Shown here: positions 24,951 through 38,173 of the stretch, one piece after another
Layout: every line of letters begins with the position of its first letter
Position numbering within the stretch: the first letter of the stretch is position 1
Notes under the pieces: model-generated
What the model was told of the DNA's origin: nothing
The model's database searches: none
Seen by the model: the letters and a program-made list of their open reading frames with translations, nothing else
Translations under genes and position numbers: made by a program
From: Camelus ferus
Lineage: Eukaryota
Direction of reading: 5' to 3'
Assembly (NCBI RefSeq): GCF_009834535.1
Contig: NC_045696.1
Coordinates: 65,660,001 to 65,724,000 of the forward strand
Length of the DNA: 64,000 bases

Positions 24951-27900
24951 AGTTCTCCTAGATATGTTTTAAAGCCATCTGCCAAATCTGTCATCGGCAA
25001 TGTAAGCCTTCACCAAGTTGGACCTAAACAAGCATGCTCCATCTTATTCTGTGTCTGGCTACACAGAACACTGTACCCCAGATGGCTTGGGTATGGATCA
25101 ATATCATGTATATAATACTCCACAGACAATAAGCAGTTGTTCATTGTCATCAGCCTGAAATACTGGGAAAAACAATGGATGAGGGAGAAAATAAAGGAAT
25201 CAGGACTCACCCATTGTCATGACATTCACGAGGAGTGCATCACAGATTGAATTTAGGCATTCTGAATCTTAGTGATGGGTTCTTATCATTATAGAACCCA
25301 GCCTCTTTAATGATTTTATCCCTCACTACTTGACTCACTGGTGGTTACATGGTTGGTGATAAATAGGTACTTGTGAATTAACTGTGAGTTTTTTTTTTTT
25401 TTCCAAAAGAGGATGTGTTCCTAGATACCACTGTCAAATTCTTGTCTTAAATTCTCCCTTCCCGGAGGAAATATCTGTTCAAGGGATGTAAGGGGTGCCT
25501 GATGGAGATGTCTCACACCAAAGCTATGTAAGGAGCTGAATCTCAGCAGTCAACAAAATTGATTGTTTCTACATCCTTCATTTTCCAGGGAGTCTTCTCC
25601 TCTCAACTGACACTTCTTAGCAAAGCTCCCAGGAGTGGCAATAAATCTGAGCTCATCCTGTAATAGTACTTAATGGACTTATGAGCAGCTGAGCCGAAAA
25701 GTCATACCCAGGCAGGAGTTACAAATTATACAAGTCAGGATAAAAGCATCATAAATATTGACTGCACCTAATGGTTTGTGTCAGAGGAAGAAATCTCATT
25801 ATGATAATGGCATCTCCTCCCTAAAGCACTGCTCTTTGCTGAGCTTCTCTAGGTGTGTTAATATCGTCAAGAATTTAGTTAATAAAACAGATTTGTTCAA
25901 TATCTAACTTCATCCATTACTTAATGCATTGATAACCTAGACGATTTCTCACAGTAAAATCATGAAAAAGATTGTGGTGAGAAATGAAAGGAAATTTGTG
26001 GATGGCAAAGTAGCATCGCGAGTCAACCAGGACCAAGCACCATGGGGTATGTGAAGCCAAGGATATTTGAATGACTTTGCTTTCCAGTCAAATCTTCAGT
26101 CCACCAGCTAGAATGAGACACATTCTTTTGCTGGTTTGACTAAAGCTTATATACATTCTTAAATCTGTTTAGCCACTCAAAAAAAAACTTCCTGGAATCC
26201 ACTAAAATGAGAGGCGATGGCTCAGTCAAGGAGAGGAAGGTGACATATTGTGGGTGAGCAGTAAACAGAGTATACTATAAATGAAAGAAAAGGAAGTGAT
26301 AACTAGAATGTACACACAAAAATAGATTTTTCCTCAGAAAAGGGTAGCCATTTTTAAGTGAAACAAAGCAGTGATGTGCTCATAATTTAAATCAATGAAC
26401 TTTTGGGAAGCTACTGTGGATCTATTATTGTGTTAGGTACTACGCTGGGTGTGAAAACGTATGACAAGAACCTTGAATTACCTTTTTTAGATGATTTTGC
26501 ATGCTGCAAAAAGCCTATGAGAAAGCATTCAGCAGAATATTGCCACAGAATGTTTAAGGGGAAAGGATTTCAGATATAATTCAGCATCTTACGTGAGGAG
26601 AGTGGAGCCCAGAGCTTAGAAGTCCCAATGCAACATGGTAGAGCAAAAGTTATTAATTTTTTTCCCTAAGATAAGTGACCAAAGAACATTTAACCTGGCT
26701 GGACAACAATGTGAATATTTCTTTACTACATTTTATGATGCATATTGTTTTCTTAAAATTAGTTTTCTTTGTAAATAGAGATCATTTGAATGAAGATAAT
26801 GAATGGTAGAATAATTACTCATTTTAACCAACATTTATATTACAAACTATGTGGCATGCACTATGCTTAATTTCTTGTCCCTCATATTTTCTCATTTAAT
26901 TCCCACCACACACTGAAAGATATATATTACAACGAGAAATAAGGAATTACTATCCTTGTCTTGAAGCAACTCAGATTTAGAGGGAGACTCAGACACTGAC
27001 TTAACCAGTAACAAACACAATGCAACAAGTACAGGAACATATAGAGTTATTTTATACTATAAGTATATAAAGGAAGAAGCAATTTATTTTGCCCTAAGGA
27101 GACCTTGGAAATCTTGATTGGAAAATATTACCTTGGACCTCTGAATTTTAAAAAAATGGGTTCCCCAGTAGGTTAAATGGAGGATAAAGATCTTCTAGAC
27201 AATGGGAACTTTATGAACAAAAGCATGAGCTCTTGAAAGTATTCTCCAGTCTCCACTGTACAGTGAGGCAACCTGGAAACCAACTGTCAGAGTAAGAGAA
27301 AGGAAAAAGCTGAAATCAGAGTCAGAGAAGTACAAATAGGACTCCCAAGATTAGTTCCTAACCAGAGTCATGTCAGGAAAATGGCCAGACACAGATGTAT
27401 GACTCCATGAGTCAAACACACAAAGGACAAAACTTTTAGATTAATCCATGGTCCAAATCCAAAAGTAGAGATTGAAGAGATTCTCAGACAAAAGTGCTTT
27501 TTGCTCTTGACCTCCTGGAGAAAGAGGCTTGATTCCAGCCCTGTGTGACCTGCAGGATGCCTGCCAGTTTCCTTTTCTGACATCACTTGGCTCCCAATAC
27601 TGTTCTTCTTCACAGATAATGACATTCTTTCTCAAGCATAGCAAGCATCATTATAGTTTATTACCTGGTCTATATCCACATTAAGGTGTTAATATATTAT
27701 TAGCTAATTTGCCTATTAATTCAAAGACATGTTTGGTTCCCCTTCAGCAGCTAATTCTTCACTTAGAAGGAAGAAATGAACATATGCCAGCCTCTGCCTT
27801 TTCTTCTCCTCCTTTTCTCTGGGCACCGAGATTCTGAATCCGGGAACCTCAGCCCTGCCGAGTTTTGGAGACCCCTGTCCTCCCACTCTCCTTGAGACAG

Positions 27901-28019
27901 CCCTATTCCACGTCCGGAACAGCCAGGAAACTTCTTCTCTCTAGCAGATGGGGTTTCAATTAGTCACACTAGTGGAAAGCACCCAAGCACACAGAGAATT
28001 ACAAATGGACTCTTATTCT

Positions 28020-29520
28020 ACTTACTTATTAAATTTTTAATTATTAGATATTCTGTGGGAGACCATCATGGGCAGGACTTCTTCTAGTGGCTGGGGATAT
28101 AGTTAGAAACAAGGCAAACATAAACCTTATAAGCATATTGGATCTTACAGTGCAATGGAGACAGACAATGCACAAAAATGTATGTAAGTAATTGATTTAG
28201 AGTTAAGATATAAGCTATTCAGAAAGATACAGCACAGTGAGAGGTTATGACAGAAGGGCCCACCCAGTCTGGAAAAATCAAAGATTTTGTTGAGGAAGGG
28301 ACAATTTTAACTGAGGCTTAAAAGGGAACATGCATGTGTGTGTGTATGCCTGCACACAAGTGGGGAGAGGAGAGTGTGCTTCTCTGCAGGTACAAAGTCC
28401 TTGTGGCAGAAAGTAATGACATATTTGAAGAACTGAAAGAAGGTCATTGTGGCTGAACTGTGGTGAGGGAGGGATGGGTCTGGACAAGACTGAAGATGGA
28501 GGTAGAGGCAGATAATGCAGGGCCTTATAGACCATATTATGACTTTTGATCTTTACCCTAAGTGTAATGGAAAAGAATCGAAAGATTTTAAGTAAGAGTA
28601 TTACAGACTGGTATTTGCAGTTTCAAAATATTACTCTCAAAGCTTTTTGGAAAATTGCCTGAAGGGGACGAAGGTGGGTGTGAGGAGAGTTGGCGATAAA
28701 GGTACTTCAGTGACATAGGTTTGAGATGATAGCTTCTTAGTCTAGGTTGGTGGCAAGAAAGAAGTGGAAAGATTTGAAAGATACTTAGGAAATTTAGACA
28801 GAAATTTGCAGTTGGCTGGAAAAGATGGACAGTAAGGGAGAAGAAGGGATTTCTTGAATGAATAACTTGGTAAATGACCCTACTTCCTTAGGTAGGAAAC
28901 ATTGGGAGAGAAGTGAAACATTAGAGTAAAAATGAATGTTCACTGTTGGATGCGGTTGAGAAGCTTGTAAGAAGTCCAGGTATGGTAGTCAAGAGAGGTG
29001 AAGTGAGAGGTAGAAACTTTGGAGTCACTGGTATGTAGATAGTGATTAAAGTCATGCATTTCCCAGAAGAGACTGAAGCATGATAAGAAAAGAGAATCTA
29101 AAATCAAACCCAGAGAAAGTTCATCTTTTAAAGGTCAGAGGAGGAGGAAATGGTAAAAGAAACTGATGAAGAATGACTAGCAAAGTAGTAGAACACCAGG
29201 GAGTTTTTTAAGAAAAAGGGTGTGGTCAACCAAGGAGGTTCTGAAAAGATATCCAGGAAAAGGAGGAACTAAGTGTTCATTACATTTTGCAGCAATGAGA
29301 TTATTGGAAAGGACCATTTCAGTGTCGTTGGAAAGGAGACGGTGAAAGCCAGGTTTAAGTAGACTGAAGCAACTATATGGGAAAGAACTGGAGGCAGGAA
29401 CTTATTTCAGGAAGTTTGGCCTTGGCGGGATGGAGAAACTAGGGACAGAAGGCAAAAGACTATGTGAGTAATCTCATGAAGTTTATTTATTGTCTTAAGA
29501 TGGGAAAGAAGAAAGGTTTG
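28020..29520 (-). mobile_element. L2 LINE fragment
   Basis: 'tgaagaactgaaagaaggtcattgtggctgaac', 'gcagataatgcagggccttatagaccat', 'ttggagtcactggtatgtagatagtgattaaagtcatg' match reverse-complemented L2. Confidence 0.7.
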
Positions 29521-30339
29521 ATTAAATGATAGTGACATATGGAGGCCCTGATACTTGGTAGAAGGATAGACCGTCTTTACAACTTCATTTCCATGATAGC
29601 TGAAGGAAGAAGGTGAGTTTAGAGACATTTTTCATAACTCAGGACCCCTGTTGGCTGAGGAGTCTATGCTTTAAAATAAAGCCCACACCATTTTCTTGAC
29701 GGTTTCTTCCTCTGATCTCAATTCTAAGAGTCTGGTTTCCTGCTGCTTAGAACATTTTTAGGATTAGAGAATCTTTTTTTCTTATACAGACACTGTTCAT
29801 TTAATTTTGTATCCTCTAATAGATCCTGGATTTTGAACCCAGTTTTTCTTCTCTTTCTGTTCCCATAGACTTGTGTTTCATATGACTTCTTGCTCAGAGA
29901 TTTCATCTCTGTTACAATTCTGAACGATGTTCCATTTTGCATCACGTACAACAAGTGGAGAACCATATATTTGATCCTTGATGTTAAGCCTCTAGTCTGA
30001 CCAGAATCTAAGCCCCTACTTAATTTCTACTCAGGTACTTACTATGCTCTCAATCATTATCAAAAATGTTACTTGAAAGCAGACTAAATTCTCACATTAC
30101 ATTGTGTCCATGCCTAAAAATTCCTGCTGCCATGCCCATCCATTGGAGTAAAGCCCCTTCTGGATGTTAATTCTTGTTGGTGTTCAACAGTAAGTGTATA
30201 TGTTATCATTACCATTACTCTGCCCTGGGTTCTGCCAGAGAGGTCTCTGTATCTCTTGGCTCTTCTTTATAAATAAGTGACAAATATCTTAGTGTTTCAT
30301 TTCTAGATTTAAAACATACATAATCAAATTCCAAATTAC

Positions 30340-32400
30340 TGCTAATCTTACAGAAATCAAAAGGCACATAAAGGAACACTATGAAAAATAAAAAGGCACA
30401 TAAAGGAACACTATGAAACACTAAAATGGTTGGTTTTCTAGGTTACCAACCATTAGATAACCTAGATGAAATAGACAGGTTCCAAGAAAAACACAAACTG
30501 CTAAAACCAAATCAAGACATATCATAGACCTATAATAAACAATGAGATTGAATTAATATTTCAAAAAAATTCCCATGAAGGAAAGTCCAGGATGAGATGA
30601 CTTCACTGTTGAATTCTACCAATTATTTAAAGAAGAAAGAACACCAATCCTTAGAAACTCTTTAAAAATGAAAAGAGGAGAGAACGCTTCTCGGTTAATT
30701 CCATGATGCTAGTGTTGTCTGATACCCAGACTACACAATGACATAACAAGAAAAGACAACTACATAACAATATCTCTTATAAATATAGGTGTAAAGAATC
30801 TCAGTAAAATACTAGCAAACTGAATCTAGCAGCATATTCATAAGAAAAATACACTATGACCAAATGGAATTTATTCCAAGAATACAAAGTTTATTTAACA
30901 TACAAAAAACTGATCAGTGGAATACACCACATTAGCAGAATAAAGAATAAAACCACATGACTGTCTTAATAAATGAGAAACAACATCTGACAAAATCCAA
31001 CACTTGTATAATAAAAACACTCAACAAACTAGGAGTTGAAGGGAATTTCCTCAGTCTGGTAAAGGGCATCTACAAAAAATCCAAAACTAATACTGTCCTT
31101 AAAGGTGAAATTTTGAAAACTTTTCCACACGAGATCGAGGAACAAGGTAACTAGATCTACTCTTAACCATTTCTGTTCAATATTGTAATGAAGGTTATAG
31201 CCAGACAACCAGTAGGAAAAAGAAACAAAAGTCACCTAGATTTTAAGGAAGGAGTAAAAGTATATTTGTGGATGGCATGATATTTGAAATGGAAACTCTG
31301 AAGAAATCAGCAAAACAAAGAAAAATGTTAGAGCTCATAAATGAGGTCAGCAAGTTTGGAAGAAACAAGATCATTATACAGAATTAACTGTATTTTGTAC
31401 TGCAGCAATGAACAATGCAAATATTAAGAAAATAATTCCATTTTTAAAACGTCAGAAAGATAAACTATTCAGAAGAAAATTGGGCAAAATTAGTGTAAGA
31501 CTTGTTCGTTGAAAACTACAAAACAGCTTTGAAAGTAACTGAAGACCTAAATAGTTAAAAAGATACCCTGTGTGAATGGATTGAAAGATGTAATATTTTT
31601 TAAGATGGTGATATTTCCTAAACTGACCTATAAATGCAAGGCAATTCCTATTAAAATCCCAGTTGTCCTTTTTTCATAGAATTTGACAAGTTAATCCTAA
31701 AATTTATATGGAAATACAAGAGATCCGGAAAAAGAAGGACAAAACTGGAAGTCTCAGACTTCCTAATTTAAACACTTACTACAAATCTACATTCATTGAG
31801 ACAATGTGGTACTGGCATAAGGATAAACAAATTGATCAATGAAATAGGACTGAGAATCCAGAAATAAAACGATACATCTATTGTCAATTGATTTAGACAA
31901 GATGCTGAGACCATTCAACGGAGAAAAGAATGATCTTTTCAATGGATGCTGCTGGGCCAACTAGATGTCTGCCTGCAAAAGAAGAAAGCTGGACCCTTTC
32001 CTCACATTATATGCAAATATTAATGCAAAATGGGACAGACGCGTACATTTAAGAGCTAAAACTATAAAACTCCAAAAAACCCCCCAAAAACCAAAAACCC
32101 ATAGGCATAAAATCTGCATGATTTTGGATTAGGCAATAGTTTCTTAGATATAATACTAAAAACACAAAAGGACAAAAGAAAAAATAGATAAGTTGGGGAC
32201 TTTATCCAAACAAAATGCTTCAAAGGACACTACTGAGAAAGTGAAAAGACAATCAACAGAATATAAAATACGTTTGCAAATTATACATCTGGTAAGGGAC
32301 TAGTATCCAGAATACGAAGAACTCTTATAACTTAATAATAAAATAACAACCCAATCTAAAAAATTGCCCAAGTATTTGAATAGACATTTCTACTTTTTTG
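30340..32400 (+). mobile_element. L1 ORF2 fragment (RT and C-terminal region), degenerate
   Basis: 'gataacctagatgaaatagaca', 'gatgacttcactgttgaattctaccaa', 'acactcaacaaactaggagttgaagggaatttcctc', 'gacaatgtggtactggcataaggata'. ORF 30957-31154 (IKTLNKLGVEGNFLSLVKGIY) is L1 ORF2p-like. Confidence 0.9.
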
Positions 32401-35056
32401 GACAAATAAAGGCCATTCAGAGCTCTTAAGAGAAATCCAGGTTCTGGTTTGCCAGAACGCCCGAGCCTCTGCCTTTCCTTCTTCCCTCTGCCGGCTGTTT
32501 TCACTCTCTTATTTAACTTTTTGTTAGGAATTTTACCAAGAACTAACAGGGTCAGGGAGAGGTCCAAACGAAATGGTTCCATTTTCCTACTTACTGGAAA
32601 AAAAAAGCCCAAGAGCTTTATAGAGTCAGAAAGTAACTATTCAAATGTGTTTGAGTCACCACACGGGCTCTATCTGCTCTTTTGGTGTCACTCATCATGA
32701 GAAATAGTTCGGATGTATATGAATCTTAGAGCTTTCTGTAAATTATAACTCGACAACGTCTTTATTGACAACATAGAAATGCTATTGACATGCTATAATG
32801 AAATACAGACTAAGTGATCAAAAAAATTGCTCTTGAAAACGCAAAGTGTAAGTTTCTTAAAATCAGGATCTCTGTTACTGGAACAATTGATCATTTTTCA
32901 TTCCTGTTTTTCCCGTTAAGGGTGTGGCTCTGCAGTTGGATAGAGCTAGTTTTCACTTTTGTCCCCACAACTTTCTTCCTTTGCTGGAAAAGGTGAAATA
33001 TTACAACAATTTTATAATTATTGAGGGACTGTGGTAGGAATTAAGGAGATACTAAATGTGGAGTGTTTAGAACATGGTCTGGTATGGGATGATTGCTCCC
33101 TGAATGACAACAATAACCTTGCTCCGTATTACTACTGTGTATACTAATGGCTACAGAAGCAAATATTCTAATTTCATTTATCTGTTCAATACAATCAGTA
33201 GTGAAAATTTGTTTTTATTTCAACAATTAATTTGGTTATACACTCATGAGAGAAATTTTGTAAAAGTTATCAAGGAGAGAGGGATGAAAGATTTAATGAA
33301 AGGTCTTTGTAAGCTTTTTTCCAAAGTGGATGGGTGGATATGAATAAGGAATCTATTTTTCATCACTTTGCTGACATCAAATAAAATACCACAGAAGAGA
33401 AGATTCAGAAGATTGGATCAGATTTCCTGAAACAAGCATTTGTGAAACCATACACATATATATGTAATTTTGTTTAAAAATGAGTCACCTTATCAGAGAT
33501 GGCAAATCAATTATTTCGCCTCTTTTAAGAAAGCAACCCCTCACACTCAGTTCACATTTAGAATAAGGCAAGGTATTATTTTAGTGAAAAATAATAATGC
33601 CACCTGATTCTGTTAATGCATTAATAGTTACTAGAAATCAACAGAAATTGAAAAAAAAGGAAACCTAAAAAAAAGACTAAAGCAAACAAACTAAAATATT
33701 TAATAAATGTGTTGAGATTGGTATTAACAACATTTACCAAACAGTGAATGCTGAATATTTTGCATAAACTCAACGTTTAGTCCTAACTATAGGAAACATA
33801 ATTTTCAGTACATGAGCCTAATATGTTTGATAAATTTAATGTTAATTTCTATCATGTTTTTATAGTACTGTAAATGTTAATTTTAATTCCAATTTCCAAT
33901 TGTTCATCGCTATATTACAGAAATATGTTTTTCAAAGTACTGATTTGTGTTGTGTAATACTCTAAACATTTACTTGTTCTATCTGCTTTTTATGAATTCT
34001 TTATGTTTTTCATATTCATGATCAAGTCATAATAAAAGCAAAAAAAAAAAAAAAGAAAGCAACCCCCATGAGAATTGGGGTTCCTTGCTCTTATAACAAA
34101 ATTTTTAAAAATCTGAACAACCTTATTTACATCTATAATCATTTTTTTTTTTAAATTAAGGAACCATGAGCTGAACATAATACTGGCTCATATTTAACTT
34201 TCTCATTTCATCTGGTAATTTATTCTTGGGTCTTCATTTTGGATTAGTAGATTTATTGTCAGTATATTTTATATATGATTGATCAGATTTTTTATCTGTA
34301 TATTACATATATGATCTTTACTTTTTTCTTTAATGTTTAACTTGTAATTATACTATTTTTAATCATATTTGTATATTCTTTGTCCATCAAATGATCTTGA
34401 TACCAATTTTCCATATTGATATAGTTGTTAAAAAATAGAGTTTAAAAAGCTAATCTAAATAATTCATTGAATAAATTATGATAGGTAGCAACAAGGTGTA
34501 TTTGAATGACAGAAGCATGATAAACTTTCAAAATCAAGTTTCAAAGACAGTGTTTATTCTTGAATTTTTAGGCTCATGATAAAACAGACACTTAAAGGGT
34601 TGCAATTATTCTTTTCACTTATTTTGCCTTGTAACTAGATATAATGCTGGAGAGCATTACCCCATTTGCTTTTAAATTACCAAACAGTTCACTCACACAA
34701 CATTGTAAATCAATTATTCTTCAATAAAAATGTTACCAGACATTTCAGTTATTCTTTATTCACACATCAACTACGTTTTCACTTATTTTTCCTTTAAATC
34801 ATTCTGATACTTGCAGATAGGATAGAAATGACTTTAGCAATAACTGCTTTCAAAGTATCTACTATTTAATAGTGGAGGCAGACACACTGTAATGAAAAGA
34901 AGAGTGGGTTTTGAGCTATGATAGATTTATAAACAAAGTGTTGTGGCAGTGCAAAGGAGGCAAAAAATCAAAGTTATAATTATAAGGAAAAAAGAGAGAG
35001 AGATTCAAAAGAGTAAGCAGAGGCTGCGGACTGAGTAGGTGAAATGGTGGTGGAAC

Positions 35057-35673
35057 TGATAGCAGGAAGAGCGGATGTGGGGCCTGAGGAGGGCCCGTGT
35101 CCCAGGCTTCCGCTGAGTCCCTGGGACGTGCCCCGCAAATGTGGGTCCTTGGCTTCGTGCAGGGAAGAATTCAAGAGCGAGCCACAGTTGAGTAAAGGTA
35201 GATTTATTTAGAGATACATCAAAAGGCAAGAGAAGGGCCATGAGCTGTGGGGGTTGGGTGCTCAGATTAGAGTAAAAGTAGGTACACACTCCATAGAGTG
35301 TGGGCTGTCTCAGAAGACAGAGAGAGAGGGGTTGGCCACAAGGCTCTGTGTTGCCAGTTTTTATGGGCTCAGTGGCTTCATATGCTAATAAGTGGAAGGA
35401 CAAGTCTAACTAGCCTGGGGAAGGGGCTGGGATTCCCAGGAAGATGGCCATTTCCCACTCTTTGACCTTTTGTGGCTAGCCTTGGGATTGTCATGGTGCC
35501 TGTGGGCATGTTATTCACAATGTTAATATATTACTTTATAAGGAAGCTCTAGGAAGTTAAATCTCCCACCATCTTGAGCCTCAAGGCAAACTGGGGGTTG
35601 AATCTTTCGCCATTCTGGTGTTAATTGCTGTGTTGTTCCTTGAATGGCTGTGCCCTGCCCTCTTCCTGTCTCA
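35057..35673 (-). mobile_element. Solo ERV1 LTR, MER41-like
   Basis: TG...CA termini with 4-bp TSD gaac/gaat. 'gggtccttggcttcgtgcagggaagaattcaagagcgag' resembles the reverse-complemented MER41 3' end. Minus-strand AATAAA at 35208-35203; CpGs retained. Confidence 0.75.
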
Positions 35674-36728
35674 GAATGAAGAGTCCAGGCAGATAGAAGT
35701 GTGTCAGCAAAGCTCTGGAGTGAAGGAAGTGCAGGGTATGTTCAGGAATTGGAAGTCTGCGGTGGCTTTTACATGTAGTGGAAAATGACTCTGTGACGAA
35801 AAAACAAGCCTGAATATCAAACTAAGCAGTTTAGACTTTATTCAGAAAATTTATTAAAGCAGTAGGTTAGTGAAAAGTTTGATCATTCCCCGTCCTTAAC
35901 ATTGTCATGTGCTGCAGTTTATGCCTGTGGAACTGAGTCAGTTTTAGAGCTAATGCCTCTTAAGTCTCTTGGGAGAAGGAGTAGTGGCCAAGGCCAAAGG
36001 TCATTCTTGTATCATCAGAGCCATAAAATTGGAATTGTAGATATACTGAAAGACTTTGACTTAAAAATAAAACCACCACAATTAAAGCAAGTATTAAAGA
36101 GAGTAATTGGTGGGACATTTGCCAACTTTGAATTAATTAGATTCAGTCTTAATTTTTAAGAGTGCTGAGTGCAGCAAAATGAAACCATCCTTCTCCAATA
36201 GAGTGAGAATTTAATGTTCCCGTTATGATTCATTTTCATTTGAGGTCTTCCCAGCTCAAATCTATTTGGTAGGTTAAAAATGAAGTGATGGTTGCAAATA
36301 ACATAACTATCAAGAAGACCACATCTGGCTGTAAATTAGCCAAATGAAAAGTATTGTTCCCCTTTCATTGTTATGAAAATCTAACCCACAGGGTTCTACA
36401 GTCCCAGCTTTTGCTTTATGCTGTGCATGTGTCTCAGTGCACAGGCATGTCTGCTTTTAGTGAAATGGGCAGGTATGAGATGTATTGATTGGGTTCTTCT
36501 GTCATTAACTGAGTAGCAAATCTGTCACTTCTCCAAGTAGTGAATCATGTTGACAGGGTGCATTACATTTTATAAGTTGCATTTTTTTCCCCTTCGTCCA
36601 GATCATTTGTAGTTGAAGCACACTTACCACCTTTTAAAAGTGATTTCTGCAGCATTCCAGAGCCATTGAAATATTCGTCTCGACCTGGATAGTCAGTTTC
36701 TCCGCTAGTGCGGAAGAAGATTTTTAAC

Positions 36729-36831
36729 ATGAACAAGATCCTCTCAACCATTATTTGTTTTGGACTCCTGACTTTGTTATCTGTAACGATCTTTTTAGAA
36801 TCCGTGCATGGACTGCCATATTTTATCCAAG
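36729..36831 (+). CDS. UTS2B: UTS2B (urotensin-2B / URP precursor) coding exon 1, signal peptide
   Basis: MNKILSTIICFGLLTLLSVTIFLESVHGLPYFIQ plus 1 nt, donor GTATGT at 36832. Hydrophobic signal peptide matching the recalled human MNKILSSTVCFGLLTLLSV. An upstream acceptor at 36600-36601 implies the exon starts at 36602. Confidence 0.96.
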
Positions 36832-38173
36832 GTATGTATATACGACTCTAAAATCCTACATGTGGGGTAAATAACCTTTATCTTCCTGTCTGCATTGCTT
36901 TGACTTTTCTACCATTGTGGCAGTAATGTTTTAAACATCAATGTAATTAATCAGCAAAGAACCCTACAGTAGTTACTGTTTTAAATTAAACATGATCGGT
37001 GATGTTGTTCTCAAGTAAACTAATTTTAACCAAAATTATACTAAATTTGTTTCAACAACACTTTTTTTTTTTTCTAATCATGGGGCACAGCTTTCTTATT
37101 TCTAGTCCATGACCAAAGATGGGAATGTATAAACAGTAATACAGTGCTGTGCATATTTCAAAAGTATATCTTAGGGAAAGAAAAATGAGATTTTCAGTAA
37201 GTTAGTTTTTAAAGGAGAGGGGCTCAGAGAAGAACACAGCAAGATAGAAACTTGTGCTTGCAGAGATTTGGGGGGAATAATGCATGGGGAAATTTATATA
37301 GTAATTTTAGGAGGATGATGCTAATGCCAACATTATGCATTGACTGTATTTATCAAATTCCTAACATATTATGTTAAGTGAAATAATTTAGCTTATGACA
37401 TCTACAAATATGATAAAGGTAGAGAAAATAATTTTTTGCTCTTACAATATTGTAACTTGTATTGATCTTTAACATGTTCAATACATTCTGTCATGGAAAC
37501 AGCTGTTAATCTGGGAATCAGTAGAGCTAGATTTATTAGGCAAACAACCTCACCTCATTGAAACTTTTATATATTTCTTTACATTTTAAAAACAGTAACT
37601 TAAAAATAACACTCTTTAATATCCCTTCCAGTTTGAAATTCTGAGGTTATGTACCATTTAACTGACCTCTTTGTCAGGAAGAGGGAGATAGCCTTTTATT
37701 TTTGTCTTAGGGGAACCAAGACAGAATGTAATAGATTTTGTTTACATGATACTGGGTTGAGAAAAGGGATCAAGTTTCTCCTTTCGGATCTAATTCAACT
37801 TTACTAGACCATGTTGCCTCAAATGTGGTTTTAAAAGTCAGTGAAAACTAGAGCAGTTCTTTTGGCAGTGGAAATAAAATTCCATAAACCCTTACTATTT
37901 ATTTATGGGGATTTTCCCTATGAAAAACAAATTGTTTCAGAGACCTAAATACAAGCCTGGGAATGAGATTCTGGATTTTACCCATGGCACTCACATTTTG
38001 TCCTTGGCCAGCCAAAATCATTGTATTTGGGAGGCCTTCATTGTTTTTCCTGTAAAATAATGGGATTTTCAGTGTTCTTAACACTGTAAATGTGTGAGGA
38101 AACCTCTGGGCATTCATTGAGGACTTTGCAAAAATAGGATATTAGTGATGACTGTAACTTCTGATGTGATGTG

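Noticed and set aside
30957..31154. ORF with reverse-transcriptase-like sequence
   Set aside because: Fragment of a dead L1 ORF2 with surrounding stops and frameshifts, not a host gene.
32765..32799. Bacterial sigma70-like TTGACA (twice) and extended -10 TGCTATAAT
   Set aside because: Spacings are 23 and 3 bp rather than about 17, there is no downstream bacterial-type gene, and the AT-rich mammalian context makes chance likely.
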